Shown in pieces: positions 19,867 to 28,801 of a stretch of DNA of 64,000 nt. Where the stretch lies: positions 128,001 through 192,000 of the forward strand of contig CAWHXD010000008.1 of assembly GCA_963833225.1 (NCBI GenBank). Reading direction: 5' to 3'. The first letter of the stretch is position 1, and each line of letters starts with the position of its first letter. The notes under the pieces are model-generated. The model ran no database searches and had not been told where the DNA came from. It saw nothing but the letters and a program-made list of their open reading frames with translations. The position numbers and the translations under genes are program-made. Source of the DNA: an uncultured Chloroflexia bacterium. GTDB taxonomy: Bacteria; Chloroflexota; Limnocylindria; Limnocylindrales; CSP1-4.

Positions 19867-21258
19867 TCAGCCGGGTGGCACGTTCTGGACGTGGCGGAAC
19901 AGGTTGTCCGGGTCGTAACGCCGCTTGATGGCGGCCAGTCGGTCCCACGTCGAGCCCGGGTACGCGTCGCGCACCCGCTCCTGCCCCTCGTCGCCGAGGA
20001 AGTTGACGTAGGCGCCGGGCACGGGATCCAGCCCGAGAGCAACAGCGTCCAGCCACGCTTCCTGGTTCGGCCTGTCCGCGAGGTCGGTGGCGACGGACAG
20101 GATGTAGACCATCAGCCGCCGATCCCGGTGGGCATACGCCGTGGCGTCGACCGCCACCCGCGCCGCGGCACCGCCCAGGGGCCGCAGCTGGAACAGGCGC
20201 ATCGGTGATCCGGGTTCGGCCAGCCGATCAAGCGCACGCAAAGCGATGGCCGGCTCGATGGCGTCGAGGAACCCGGTCCGGCTGAGGAAGATCTGCGGCT
20301 CCCCACGAGGCTCGGGCGGATACAGCTCCGGGTAGCGCATCGGCCGGATCAGGTCAGCGATTGGTTCAGCGACGCCCCGGAGCGGGGCCAGGGCGGCGGC
20401 TGCGGCTGACGCGGCGCCCACGTAGCAGGCCCCGACCATGATCACGATCCGGCCGTGTACGTCGGGCGGCACGAACGGCATCGGCGGGCAGCGCATGACG
20501 TTGATGATCCCCGAGAGCTCGTCCGGCGCCTCGTCCATGACCCCCACGACCGCGGCAACGGTCGCCGGCGTTGCCGGCAGGACCATGAGACCGCCCGTAA
20601 CCTCGTCGACAGCGTGGAGGCGGTACCGGAACCGGGTCGCAACCCCGAAGTTGCCGCCGCCGCCGCGCACTGCCCAGAACAGGTCCGGCTCATGCTCGGC
20701 ATCCACGACGTGGACCGCACCGTCGGCGGTCACCAGCTCGGCGGCGAGCAGGTTGTCGATGGTCAGGCCCTGCTTGCGCACCAGGTACCCGACGCCACCA
20801 CCGAGCGTGATCCCCGCGATCCCCACGGATCCCGTGTCGCCGAACCCTGTGGCCAGCCCGTGCTCGGCGGCAGCCTCCGTATACGCGCGAGCGGTCAGGC
20901 CGGCGCCCGCCCATGCCAGCCGGCCCTCGACGTCGATCTCCAGGCTCGTCAGATCCCGCGTGTCGACGACGATCCCACCCTCGATGACCGAGTGGCCGGC
21001 GCCGCTGTGGCCGCCACCCCGGACCGTGAGCCCGAGGCCCGCTTCGCGGGCCAGGGAGACGACTTCGCGAACGTCATCGGTGCCGGCGACACGGACGATC
21101 ACGGCCGGGCATCGATCGACGCCGCCGAGCATCACGACGCGGGCAGCGTCGTAGCCATCATCGCCCGGAGCGAGGACAGCGCCGGACACGCGCTGCCGAA
21201 GGGCAGCGATGTCGAGCGGGCCGGGATGCGTGGGCGTGGACGCCATCGATGCCTCCAT
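19867..21258 (-). CDS. FAD-binding oxidoreductase (berberine-bridge/VAO-PCMH family)
   Basis: RGGGHS, GGGGNFGV, YVNF, KRRYDPDNLF. Confidence 0.9.
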   Translation of the reverse strand: MEASMASTPTHPGPLDIAALRQRVSGAVLAPGDDGYDAARVVMLGGVDRCPAVIVRVAGTDDVREVVSLAREAGLGLTVRGGGHSGAGHSVIEGGIVVDTRDLTSLEIDVEGRLAWAGAGLTARAYTEAAAEHGLATGFGDTGSVGIAGITLGGGVGYLVRKQGLTIDNLLAAELVTADGAVHVVDAEHEPDLFWAVRGGGGNFGVATRFRYRLHAVDEVTGGLMVLPATPATVAAVVGVMDEAPDELSGIINVMRCPPMPFVPPDVHGRIVIMVGACYVGAASAAAAALAPLRGVAEPIADLIRPMRYPELYPPEPRGEPQIFLSRTGFLDAIEPAIALRALDRLAEPGSPMRLFQLRPLGGAAARVAVDATAYAHRDRRLMVYILSVATDLADRPNQEAWLDAVALGLDPVPGAYVNFLGDEGQERVRDAYPGSTWDRLAAIKRRYDPDNLFRHVQNVPPG

Positions 21259-21376
21259 CAGGTGGGTGCGCGAGTCCTGCGTGGCCCGATCCTATCGCGG
21301 GCACGTGGAGAACCCTTGCACAGCGCCGTAGGCTGGGCGCCAGCGGAACCGAGTCCCCGACTACCGGAGATCACCC

Positions 21377-22453
21377 ATGACCTCGCGCTGCGTCCTGCTC
21401 CTCGGCACGCCCAAGGGGGCCTTCATCCTCGACGGCGATGCCGGCCGTCGAGACTGGACCCTCCGCGGCCCGGTGTGCGGCGGCTGGCCCGTCCACGACA
21501 TCTCCGTCGACCGGGCGTCAGGCGCGCTGCTCGCCGGTGCCGGCAGCCCGTGGTTCGGCCCGGCCGTCTGGCGCAGCGACGACGTCGGTGAGACGTGGAT
21601 CCACTCGTCGGAGGGACTGACCTACGGCGACGACGGCCCGAAGGTCGCCACGGTCTGGAACGTCACGGCCGGCATCGACGGCTCCATCTACGCGGGCGTC
21701 GAGCCGGCGGGCCTGTTCCGCTCCACCGACGGCGGCGCCACCTGGTCGCACGTCGAGGGCCTCACCAACCACCCCAGCCGCCCCGATTGGGTGCCGGGCG
21801 CGGGAGGCCTGATCCTCCACACCATCGTCCCCCACCCCACCGACCCCGACCGGCTGTGGGTCGGCATCTCCGCGGTCGGCGTGTTCGAGACCCGCGACGG
21901 TGGGGCGACATGGCACACCCGCAACGCGGGCGTCCGGGCCGAGTTCAACCCGGAGAACCGGTTCCCCGAGTTTGGACAGTGCGTCCACAAGCTGGTGATG
22001 GCGAGTGACGGCGAGCGGCTCTACCAGCAGAACCACTGTGGCGTGTACCGCTCGTCCGACGGCGGGGAGCACTGGGAGGAGGTCACCGGCGCGCTGCCCT
22101 CGGACTTCGGCTTCGGCATGACCGCCCATCCACGGGATCCGCTCACGGTCTGGAACATCCCGCTCACGGACCCGACGCAGGGCCGGATGATGCCGGGCGG
22201 GGCGGCGGCCGTATGGCGCACCCAAGACGCCGGCGACACCTGGTCCCGGTCCGGGGAGGGCCTGCCCCAGCAGGATGCCTTCGTCGGCGTCCTCCGCGAG
22301 GCGATGGCGCACGATGGGCTGGACCCCGTGGGCGTCTACTTCGGGACGAGCACGGGCCAGGTCTACGGGTCGGCTGACGAAGGGGTGACCTGGACGATGC
22401 TGGCGGACAACCTGCCCCCGATCTGGTCCGTGGAGGCGCACCTCGTTGGCTGA
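21377..22453 (+). CDS. BNR/Asp-box beta-propeller (sialidase-like) protein
   Basis: Multiple S.DGG.TW Asp-boxes; GQCVHK, QQNHCGVYRS. Confidence 0.85.
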   Translation: MTSRCVLLLGTPKGAFILDGDAGRRDWTLRGPVCGGWPVHDISVDRASGALLAGAGSPWFGPAVWRSDDVGETWIHSSEGLTYGDDGPKVATVWNVTAGIDGSIYAGVEPAGLFRSTDGGATWSHVEGLTNHPSRPDWVPGAGGLILHTIVPHPTDPDRLWVGISAVGVFETRDGGATWHTRNAGVRAEFNPENRFPEFGQCVHKLVMASDGERLYQQNHCGVYRSSDGGEHWEEVTGALPSDFGFGMTAHPRDPLTVWNIPLTDPTQGRMMPGGAAAVWRTQDAGDTWSRSGEGLPQQDAFVGVLREAMAHDGLDPVGVYFGTSTGQVYGSADEGVTWTMLADNLPPIWSVEAHLVG

Positions 22454-22733
22454 CCCGGGAACACCCGTCCCCTGCGTCGTCCACCTCCCGCGCTCGCTGG
22501 TTGCGCTGTTCCCGGGTGCCGAGCGACAGGTGCTGGCGAGGGGCATGACGGTGCTCGAGGTCGTGCGCGACATCGACCGCCAGGTGCCGGGCATCGCCAA
22601 CCGGATCCTGGACAGCGGGCCGGCGATCCGGACCCACCTCAACGTGTTCGTGGACGGCGAACGGGCGGCGATCGACACCCCGGTCCGGCCGGGTTCGGAG
22701 GTCCATGTCATCCCGGCGGTCTCAGGCGGCTGA
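22446..22733 (+). CDS. MoaD/ThiS ubiquitin-like protein
   Basis: HLNVFVDGE and C-terminal IPAVSGG di-glycine. Confidence 0.88.
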   Translation: MADPGTPVPCVVHLPRSLVALFPGAERQVLARGMTVLEVVRDIDRQVPGIANRILDSGPAIRTHLNVFVDGERAAIDTPVRPGSEVHVIPAVSGG

Positions 22734-22872
22734 GGCGGCGATGCCAGGTGCACGGGCAGGACCTTCGATGAGCTGGAGCCGGACCATCCAGCGGTGGTCG
22801 AATGGGGGTGGTTCGGTGAGGATGTGGTGGCCGTCACACGACGCACCCTCGAACACCGTGGAGCCTGATCTC

Positions 22873-25704
22873 TTGCGACGCGCGCTCATCGCCTTCCTGT
22901 CCGTCCTGCTCGTGTGGCTCGCGATGCCCGTCGCCCCAGCGCTCGCCGCATCGGACGCGAAGGTCGTGGTCGTGGTCGGCCCCGTCGGCAGCCACACCGC
23001 CCACTACAAGGACGACGCCAACCAGATCGTCGGAGAAGCCCGCCGCTGGACCACCAACGTGGTCAAGGTCTACACGCCGAAGGCGACGTGGGCCAAGGTG
23101 AAGGCAGCCGCGCAGGGGGCGAGCGTCCTCGTCTACCTCGGCCACGGCAACGGATGGCCGAGCATCTACGCCCCGTTCCAGACGTTGACCAAGGACGGCC
23201 TTGGCCTCGATCCGTCGACCGGCGCCGATTCCACCAGGACCGTCTACTACGGCGAGTCGTACATCGCGCGGGACATCCGGCTCGCCCCGAACGCCGTGGT
23301 CCTGCTGTACCACCTGTGCTACGCCTCGGGCAACACGGAGCCCGGCCTCGCGGTCGGCAGCTTCGCCGACTCGCGCGAGCGCGTCGACAACTTTGGGGCC
23401 GGGTTCATCGGTGCCGGGGCCCGGGCGGTCATCGCCGAAGGCCATCCCGCCCATCCGGTCGTCGACGCCATCCACCAGCTGTTCACCACCAACCGCACGC
23501 TGGAGAGCCTGTTCCGGAGCGCCCCCACGGCCCACGGCAACGTCCTTGGTCCCTACCCGTCGGAACGCACGCCCGGGCTGTCATTCCTCCTGGATCCCGA
23601 CACCAGTGCCCCGTCTGGCTTCTACCGGTCCATCATCGGGGATCTCTCGCTCACGGCCAGCCAGGTGGTGTCCCCCGGCCCGAGCCCGACGGATCTCGCA
23701 CCCGCGGACTTCGTCGTGCCGGGCTCGGCCGAGGTGGTCGCGCCGGATGGGGCCGGTCTGTGGGGAAAGGCGGGCAACGCGGCTGACAGCGGATCGACGG
23801 CCCCGGACACCCTTCCGACCGGCACCCGGCTGCGCCTCACGTCCGAGGAGGCCGCGGCCGCCGACGGAACCCGGATCTTCGGGGTCAAGGTGCTAGGCGG
23901 CACCGGGACCGGGTTCGTGCGGTCGTCCGCCCTCGCGCCGCGCGACAGTGCCAGCCCCGAAGCCTGGTCGCTCGACCAGAGCGCGTCCTGGCTGTCGCCC
24001 AACGGCGACGCGACCAGCGACGCCCTCGTCGTCGCCGCCCGCTTCTCCGAGACGGTATCCGCGGTGCTCAAGGTCAGGAATGCCGCCGGCACCACGGTGA
24101 AGACGCTGTCCGCAAGCAACGACATCACCCGGTTCGCGTGGGATCTCCACACCTCCGCGGGCGTCGTGCCGGACGGCGACTACACCTGGAAGCTGCGCGC
24201 GGCCGACGCCTGGGGGAACCCGGCGTTCGCCGCATCCGGTGACTTCACGGTCGACGGCACTGCCCCCGTCACGACGGCGGCGTCCGATGCGACCGCCGGC
24301 AAGGACGGGTGGCTGGTGACCCCGGCCACGGTGGCGCTCTCCGCTCGCGACGCCATGTCGGGGGTCCGGACCATCAGCTGGCGCGTCAATGGCGGCCCGG
24401 TCACGGCGTACTCCAAGCCGGTCGTCGTGAGTGCCAATGGCACCGTCACCTTCAAGTATCGGGCCGTCGACAACGCCGGCATCCGCGAGTCGTGGCGGAA
24501 GCTCACGCTCCGGATCGACACCGTGGCGCCTTCGGTCACGCTGGCCAAGACGGGCGACGCCGGTGACGCGCCCGGTGCCTGGCGGAGCAAGGTCACCATC
24601 ACGCCGGACGTCCACGACGCCTCGTCCGGGGTCGCGACGGTCCGGTTCAGCGTCGACGGCGGCGACACCGGGCCCGTCGGCAGCGATCCCATCGTCGTCC
24701 GCGGCAATGGGTCGCACACCGTCGTGGTGACCGCCACGGACGTGGCCGGCAACCGGACCCGGGTCGTGGACGAGTTCACGATCGATACGGTCGCGCCGCT
24801 CGTGGACCTGCCGGGGACCGGCAACGGGATCCCCACCGTGAGCCCCAACGGTGATGGACGTGGCGACCGGATCTCCCTTCCCTTCTCGCTCTCGGAGCCG
24901 GGGACGGTCAGCGCCTCGATCGCCACCGCCGGCGGGACCGTCGTCCGCACCATCACCCTCCCACCGGGCTCCGGCACCGGTGCCCTGGACTGGGACGGAA
25001 CGCGCACCGCCGGCAAGCCGGTTCCGGATGGCCGCTACACGGTCACGATCACCGCCCGGGACGCCGCCGGCAACACCGGCCCGGCCACCACCACCGAGGT
25101 TGACGTGTTTGCCGCGCTGGCGGCGGTCCGGCGCTCGCCGCGCCTGTTCTTCCCGCAGGACGGGGACCGGCTCGCACGCAAGGTCTCGGCCTCGTGGACG
25201 CTGCTCTCTCCTGCCTCCATCTCGGTCCGGGTCCTTGACGCCGACGGGGCGCTCGTCCGCACCGGCCCCACGGATCGGGCGTTCCCTGCTGGTGCCGCGG
25301 CCTGGGCGTGGAACGGCAAGAACGACGCCGGTGCCGTTGCCGCCCCAGGCCTCTACCGGATCGTCGTGACGGGCGGCAACGGCACGCAGTCCGCGACCCA
25401 GCAGGTGTCCGTCCTGGCGGACGCGTTCAAGCTCAAGAGCTCCGTGACCACCGCCGTGCGCGGGACGCCGCTGGTGCTCACGGCGATCAGCGCTGAGCCG
25501 CTCGCCACCGCCCCTCGTGTGGTCGTGCGCCAGCCAGGCCACGATCCGTGGACCGTGACCATGACCGGGAAATCGGGCTCCACCTGGACCGCCGTGGTGA
25601 AGCCGAAGCGCGGTGGCACCCCCGGCGTGCTGAGGCTGGTGGTCAAGGCCAGGGACACGGGCCACGGCCGCAACGCGAGCACCCTGCGCCTCGTTCTCGA
25701 GTAA
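22873..25704 (+). CDS. Secreted multidomain protein: putative clan-CD cysteine peptidase domain plus FlgD/Ig-like repeats
   Basis: Signal peptide (ALA); YLGHG...HLCYA; SPNGD, WDG...VPDGxY and D.AGN Ig motifs. Confidence 0.75.
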   Translation: MRRALIAFLSVLLVWLAMPVAPALAASDAKVVVVVGPVGSHTAHYKDDANQIVGEARRWTTNVVKVYTPKATWAKVKAAAQGASVLVYLGHGNGWPSIYAPFQTLTKDGLGLDPSTGADSTRTVYYGESYIARDIRLAPNAVVLLYHLCYASGNTEPGLAVGSFADSRERVDNFGAGFIGAGARAVIAEGHPAHPVVDAIHQLFTTNRTLESLFRSAPTAHGNVLGPYPSERTPGLSFLLDPDTSAPSGFYRSIIGDLSLTASQVVSPGPSPTDLAPADFVVPGSAEVVAPDGAGLWGKAGNAADSGSTAPDTLPTGTRLRLTSEEAAAADGTRIFGVKVLGGTGTGFVRSSALAPRDSASPEAWSLDQSASWLSPNGDATSDALVVAARFSETVSAVLKVRNAAGTTVKTLSASNDITRFAWDLHTSAGVVPDGDYTWKLRAADAWGNPAFAASGDFTVDGTAPVTTAASDATAGKDGWLVTPATVALSARDAMSGVRTISWRVNGGPVTAYSKPVVVSANGTVTFKYRAVDNAGIRESWRKLTLRIDTVAPSVTLAKTGDAGDAPGAWRSKVTITPDVHDASSGVATVRFSVDGGDTGPVGSDPIVVRGNGSHTVVVTATDVAGNRTRVVDEFTIDTVAPLVDLPGTGNGIPTVSPNGDGRGDRISLPFSLSEPGTVSASIATAGGTVVRTITLPPGSGTGALDWDGTRTAGKPVPDGRYTVTITARDAAGNTGPATTTEVDVFAALAAVRRSPRLFFPQDGDRLARKVSASWTLLSPASISVRVLDADGALVRTGPTDRAFPAGAAAWAWNGKNDAGAVAAPGLYRIVVTGGNGTQSATQQVSVLADAFKLKSSVTTAVRGTPLVLTAISAEPLATAPRVVVRQPGHDPWTVTMTGKSGSTWTAVVKPKRGGTPGVLRLVVKARDTGHGRNASTLRLVLE

Positions 25705-25762
25705 CCGGAGCGGGCCCTGGAGGGCCCCGACGACCCGTGGATCGCTGGCCCTATGCCGCCGC

Positions 25763-25791
25763 GTGACGGGGCTTGCGCAACGGTCCATAAT
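25763..25791 (+). promoter_or_regulatory. Putative sigma70-type promoter in an intergenic region
   Basis: GTGACG-N17-CATAAT. Confidence 0.55.
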
Positions 25792-25796
25792 CACCT

Positions 25797-26098
25797 TGTC
25801 AAGCTCCTCCCCCCGACGGGGCGTCCCGGAGGTGACCGACGGTGACGATGCGAACGGCCAGGTGGCCAAGCCCGCAACGGCGTTCCGAGATCGGGCGCCG
25901 GCCGACCGCGGGCCTCGACGCATCGTATGGCGCCGGCAATCCGGTGAGCCGTCCCCGGGCGGGCAACCTGTCGAGCGACTCCAGGGCTGGCAGGGATCGG
26001 CGGTCGGGGCGGTAGCCCCCACCGCCCTCCTCGGAGCCGGTGATGCCGGCTCCCAACCAAACGAAACGCTGGGCCGTCGTTCAAGGGAACGGCGGCCC
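25797..26098 (+). ncRNA. Candidate structured non-coding RNA, family unknown
   Basis: Follows the promoter; nested stems (ACGATGCG/CGCATCGT, GCCCGC/GCGGGC, GGAGCCGG/CCGGCTCC); ends in a strong hairpin at 26071-26098; no credible ORF. Confidence 0.4.
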
Positions 26099-26136
26099 TC
26101 GCGATTCCCGGACAGACCGCTAGACTCGGCCCGACC

Positions 26137-26997
26137 ATGACGACTGATCCGCCTGACGAGCCGGGGGTCCGACCTGCGACCCCCGACGAGGCCGCAGATG
26201 TCCGCCGCATGCACGCCGCCAACCGGGCCGCCTGGGACGAGGCGGCAGAGCGCTACGAAGGCTGGTTCGATGAAGCGGTGGCGATCATCCGGTCCGGTGG
26301 CTCCAACCTCCTGGCTGTCGAGCAGGAGCTGATCGGCGACCTGCGGGGCCACTGCCGGCGGGCGATCCACCTCCAGTGTGCCGGCGGGCGTGACACGCTC
26401 TCGCTGTGGAACCTGGGCGCCGCGGAGGTGGTGGGCATCGACTTCAGCCCCCGGATGCTCGAGCTCGCCCGGCGGCTCGGCGCCGCGACGGGGGCCCCCG
26501 CGACGTGGATCGAAGCGGACGTGATCGATGTCCCCCACACGCTCAACGGCACGGCCGACCTGGTGTACACGGGCCGCGGGGCGATCATCTGGCTGGGCGA
26601 CCTCGACGCCTGGGCGGGCGTGCTGATCCGGCTCCTGGCCCCAGGCGGGCGCCTGGTCATCTTCGACGGCCATCCGGCCGAGTGGCTGTTCGACGGCGAT
26701 GGAGAGGGTGGCTGGACGCTCACGGACTACGACTACTTCGGCGGGCCCGAAGCGTCTCGGGGCTGGGCGCCCGAGTACATCGACCGCCTCTCCATCCCGG
26801 ACGACGAGCAGCACTGGAAGTTCGCCCGCGCCTGGACGCTGGGCGAGATCCTGACCGCGCTGCTGCGGGCCGGCTTGCGGCTCGAGCAGGTTGCCGAGCA
26901 CCCCGTGGACTGGTGGGCCGGGCACCGCGACGTGCGGCCCGATGAACGCGGTCGCGTGCCGCTCAGCTTCTCGGTGGTCGCGAGGCGCCCGGGCTGA
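26137..26997 (+). CDS. Class I SAM-dependent methyltransferase
   Basis: HLQCAGGRDTLS, GIDFS, LAPGGRL..DGHP. Confidence 0.88.
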   Translation: MTTDPPDEPGVRPATPDEAADVRRMHAANRAAWDEAAERYEGWFDEAVAIIRSGGSNLLAVEQELIGDLRGHCRRAIHLQCAGGRDTLSLWNLGAAEVVGIDFSPRMLELARRLGAATGAPATWIEADVIDVPHTLNGTADLVYTGRGAIIWLGDLDAWAGVLIRLLAPGGRLVIFDGHPAEWLFDGDGEGGWTLTDYDYFGGPEASRGWAPEYIDRLSIPDDEQHWKFARAWTLGEILTALLRAGLRLEQVAEHPVDWWAGHRDVRPDERGRVPLSFSVVARRPG

Positions 26998-27027
26998 CCC
27001 ATCGCGAATGGCCGAACAGGGCGCGGC

Positions 27028-28261
27028 TCAGACCACCGGGATCCGTGCCGCCGGCCGCAGCCGAGCCGGCGCGAGGCTCCAGGCGAACGGGACCATCAAT
27101 GCCGCGATCCCCGCCAGCAGCCACAGGCTCGCCTCGAAGTTGCCGGTCGCATCCCGGACGGCACCCAGCACGAATGGCGCCGCGGACGCGATGAGATAGC
27201 CCACAAGGAGCATCGAGCGTGGCCGCCGCGCCCACCTCGCGCTGGCTGTCGCTGATGTCCACCGGGAGCGTGAGCACCAGGGTGAACGTCATCCCCAGTC
27301 CCAGGCCGATCAGTGCCGCCCAGAGGATCGCCGGCTCCGCCGGGACGGTCACCCCCACCAGACCAAGCGCCCCGATCCCGGCCGATGCCGCGAGCAGCGT
27401 CCGGCGGGATGCCCCACGGGCGGACAGCGCCGGCACGAGGACGATCGCGCCGAGGCTGGCCACGTTCATCAGGGTGAGCAGGCCCGCCGCCGCAGCGGGG
27501 TCCCACCCACGCTCCACGTAGACGTTCGCAATCCAGGCCGTGGTGCCGTAGTACAGCCACGACTGGAGTCCGAACAGGAGGCCGATCGCCCAGGCGACCG
27601 GTCGGCGCCATGGGAGTCGCGGGAGCTCCAGTCGACGGGTCGCTGCTGCCGTGGGGCCTGGATCGGCATCACGACTGGGCGCACCCGGCATCCGGCGAGC
27701 CAGTGAGAGCCAGGCCACGAGCGTCACCGCCGATGCGACGGTGAGCACGATGAGGGCCTCGCGCCAGCCTCCGGTGACGCGCGCGAGCGGCACCACGACG
27801 CCGCTGCCGACGGATGCGCCGATGATCGTCCCGGCGGCGTAGGCAGCCGTGCCCGCCACGATGCGACCCGGGAGCCGCCCTCGAACAAACATCGGCAGGA
27901 TCGGACCCACGGTCCCTGTCCCGACCCCCATCGCGAAGGTCAGGAACAGCAGCGGGACCGCGCCTGGCACCACCGCCCGCAGGAGCGCGAAGAGCAGCAG
28001 CGTCCCCACGCTGAGGGTGATCCCCGCGCGCACACCGAAGAGGTTCGCCAGCGCCGGCCCGATGAACGCGAACACGCCCATGCACAGCACGGGGATCGTC
28101 GTGAGCAGACCGACGAAGGCGTGAGTGGTACCCAGGTCGGCGATGATCCGGTCCGCCAGCGGGCCGATCGCGGAGAGCTGCGGCCGCAGCGCCAGCGCGA
28201 CGAGCAACAGGGCGGCCAGCGACGCGCGCGGCACCAGGGCGGGTCGAGCGGTGGGGTTCAT
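27028..28261 (-). CDS. CynX-like MFS transporter (frameshift near 27215)
   Basis: LRP..SAIGPL, GLLTTIPV, FGLQS; C-terminus GYLIASAAP..LGAVRDATG in a second frame. Confidence 0.82.
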
Positions 28262-28334
28262 GGGCGCGCCAAGCATGCCAGATGGGCCACCGCCGCCATT
28301 GACGACGCGCACCGGGCGCGGCAGCATGCGGGCC

Positions 28335-28559
28335 ATGGACAGCCACCCGGAACCCGACGATGACGCGCTGCTCGACCCGCGCGAGGCGGCCCGTGCCCGC
28401 CGCCGGGACAGGGACGCGGACGCCCCGCATCGGGATCTGATGCGCCCGGGCATGGGCAAGGTGTTCAAACAGATCACGGACTCGTGGGGCGAGAAGTCCT
28501 CCCCCGATCAGACTCGTGCGCGGCAGGGGGCTGGAAGAGGCTCCGATAGGCGACGCTAG
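28335..28559 (+). CDS. Small hypothetical protein
   Basis: 74-aa ORF in an otherwise empty intergenic space; GC3-rich codons. Confidence 0.45.
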   Translation: MDSHPEPDDDALLDPREAARARRRDRDADAPHRDLMRPGMGKVFKQITDSWGEKSSPDQTRARQGAGRGSDRRR

Positions 28560-28801
28560 TCCCGTCGTGAGTGCAGACGTCCGTGCGCGGACGCGGGGGC
28601 TCTCAAGCCGAGGTGGTCGATCCCCTCACGCAACGGAACCTGCGCGTGGTGGCCCCTGCCGCGCATCGACTGAGGGGCGTCCCCCGTCCCAGCCCCGCCG
28701 GCCAATTCGACTGGCGCGTGACAAATTCGCGTACACGCGCGAAGATGTCGCGACTGCCGGGGCTGATTCCTGCCGCCGGCCGATTCGCGCATGAGCATCT
28801 G

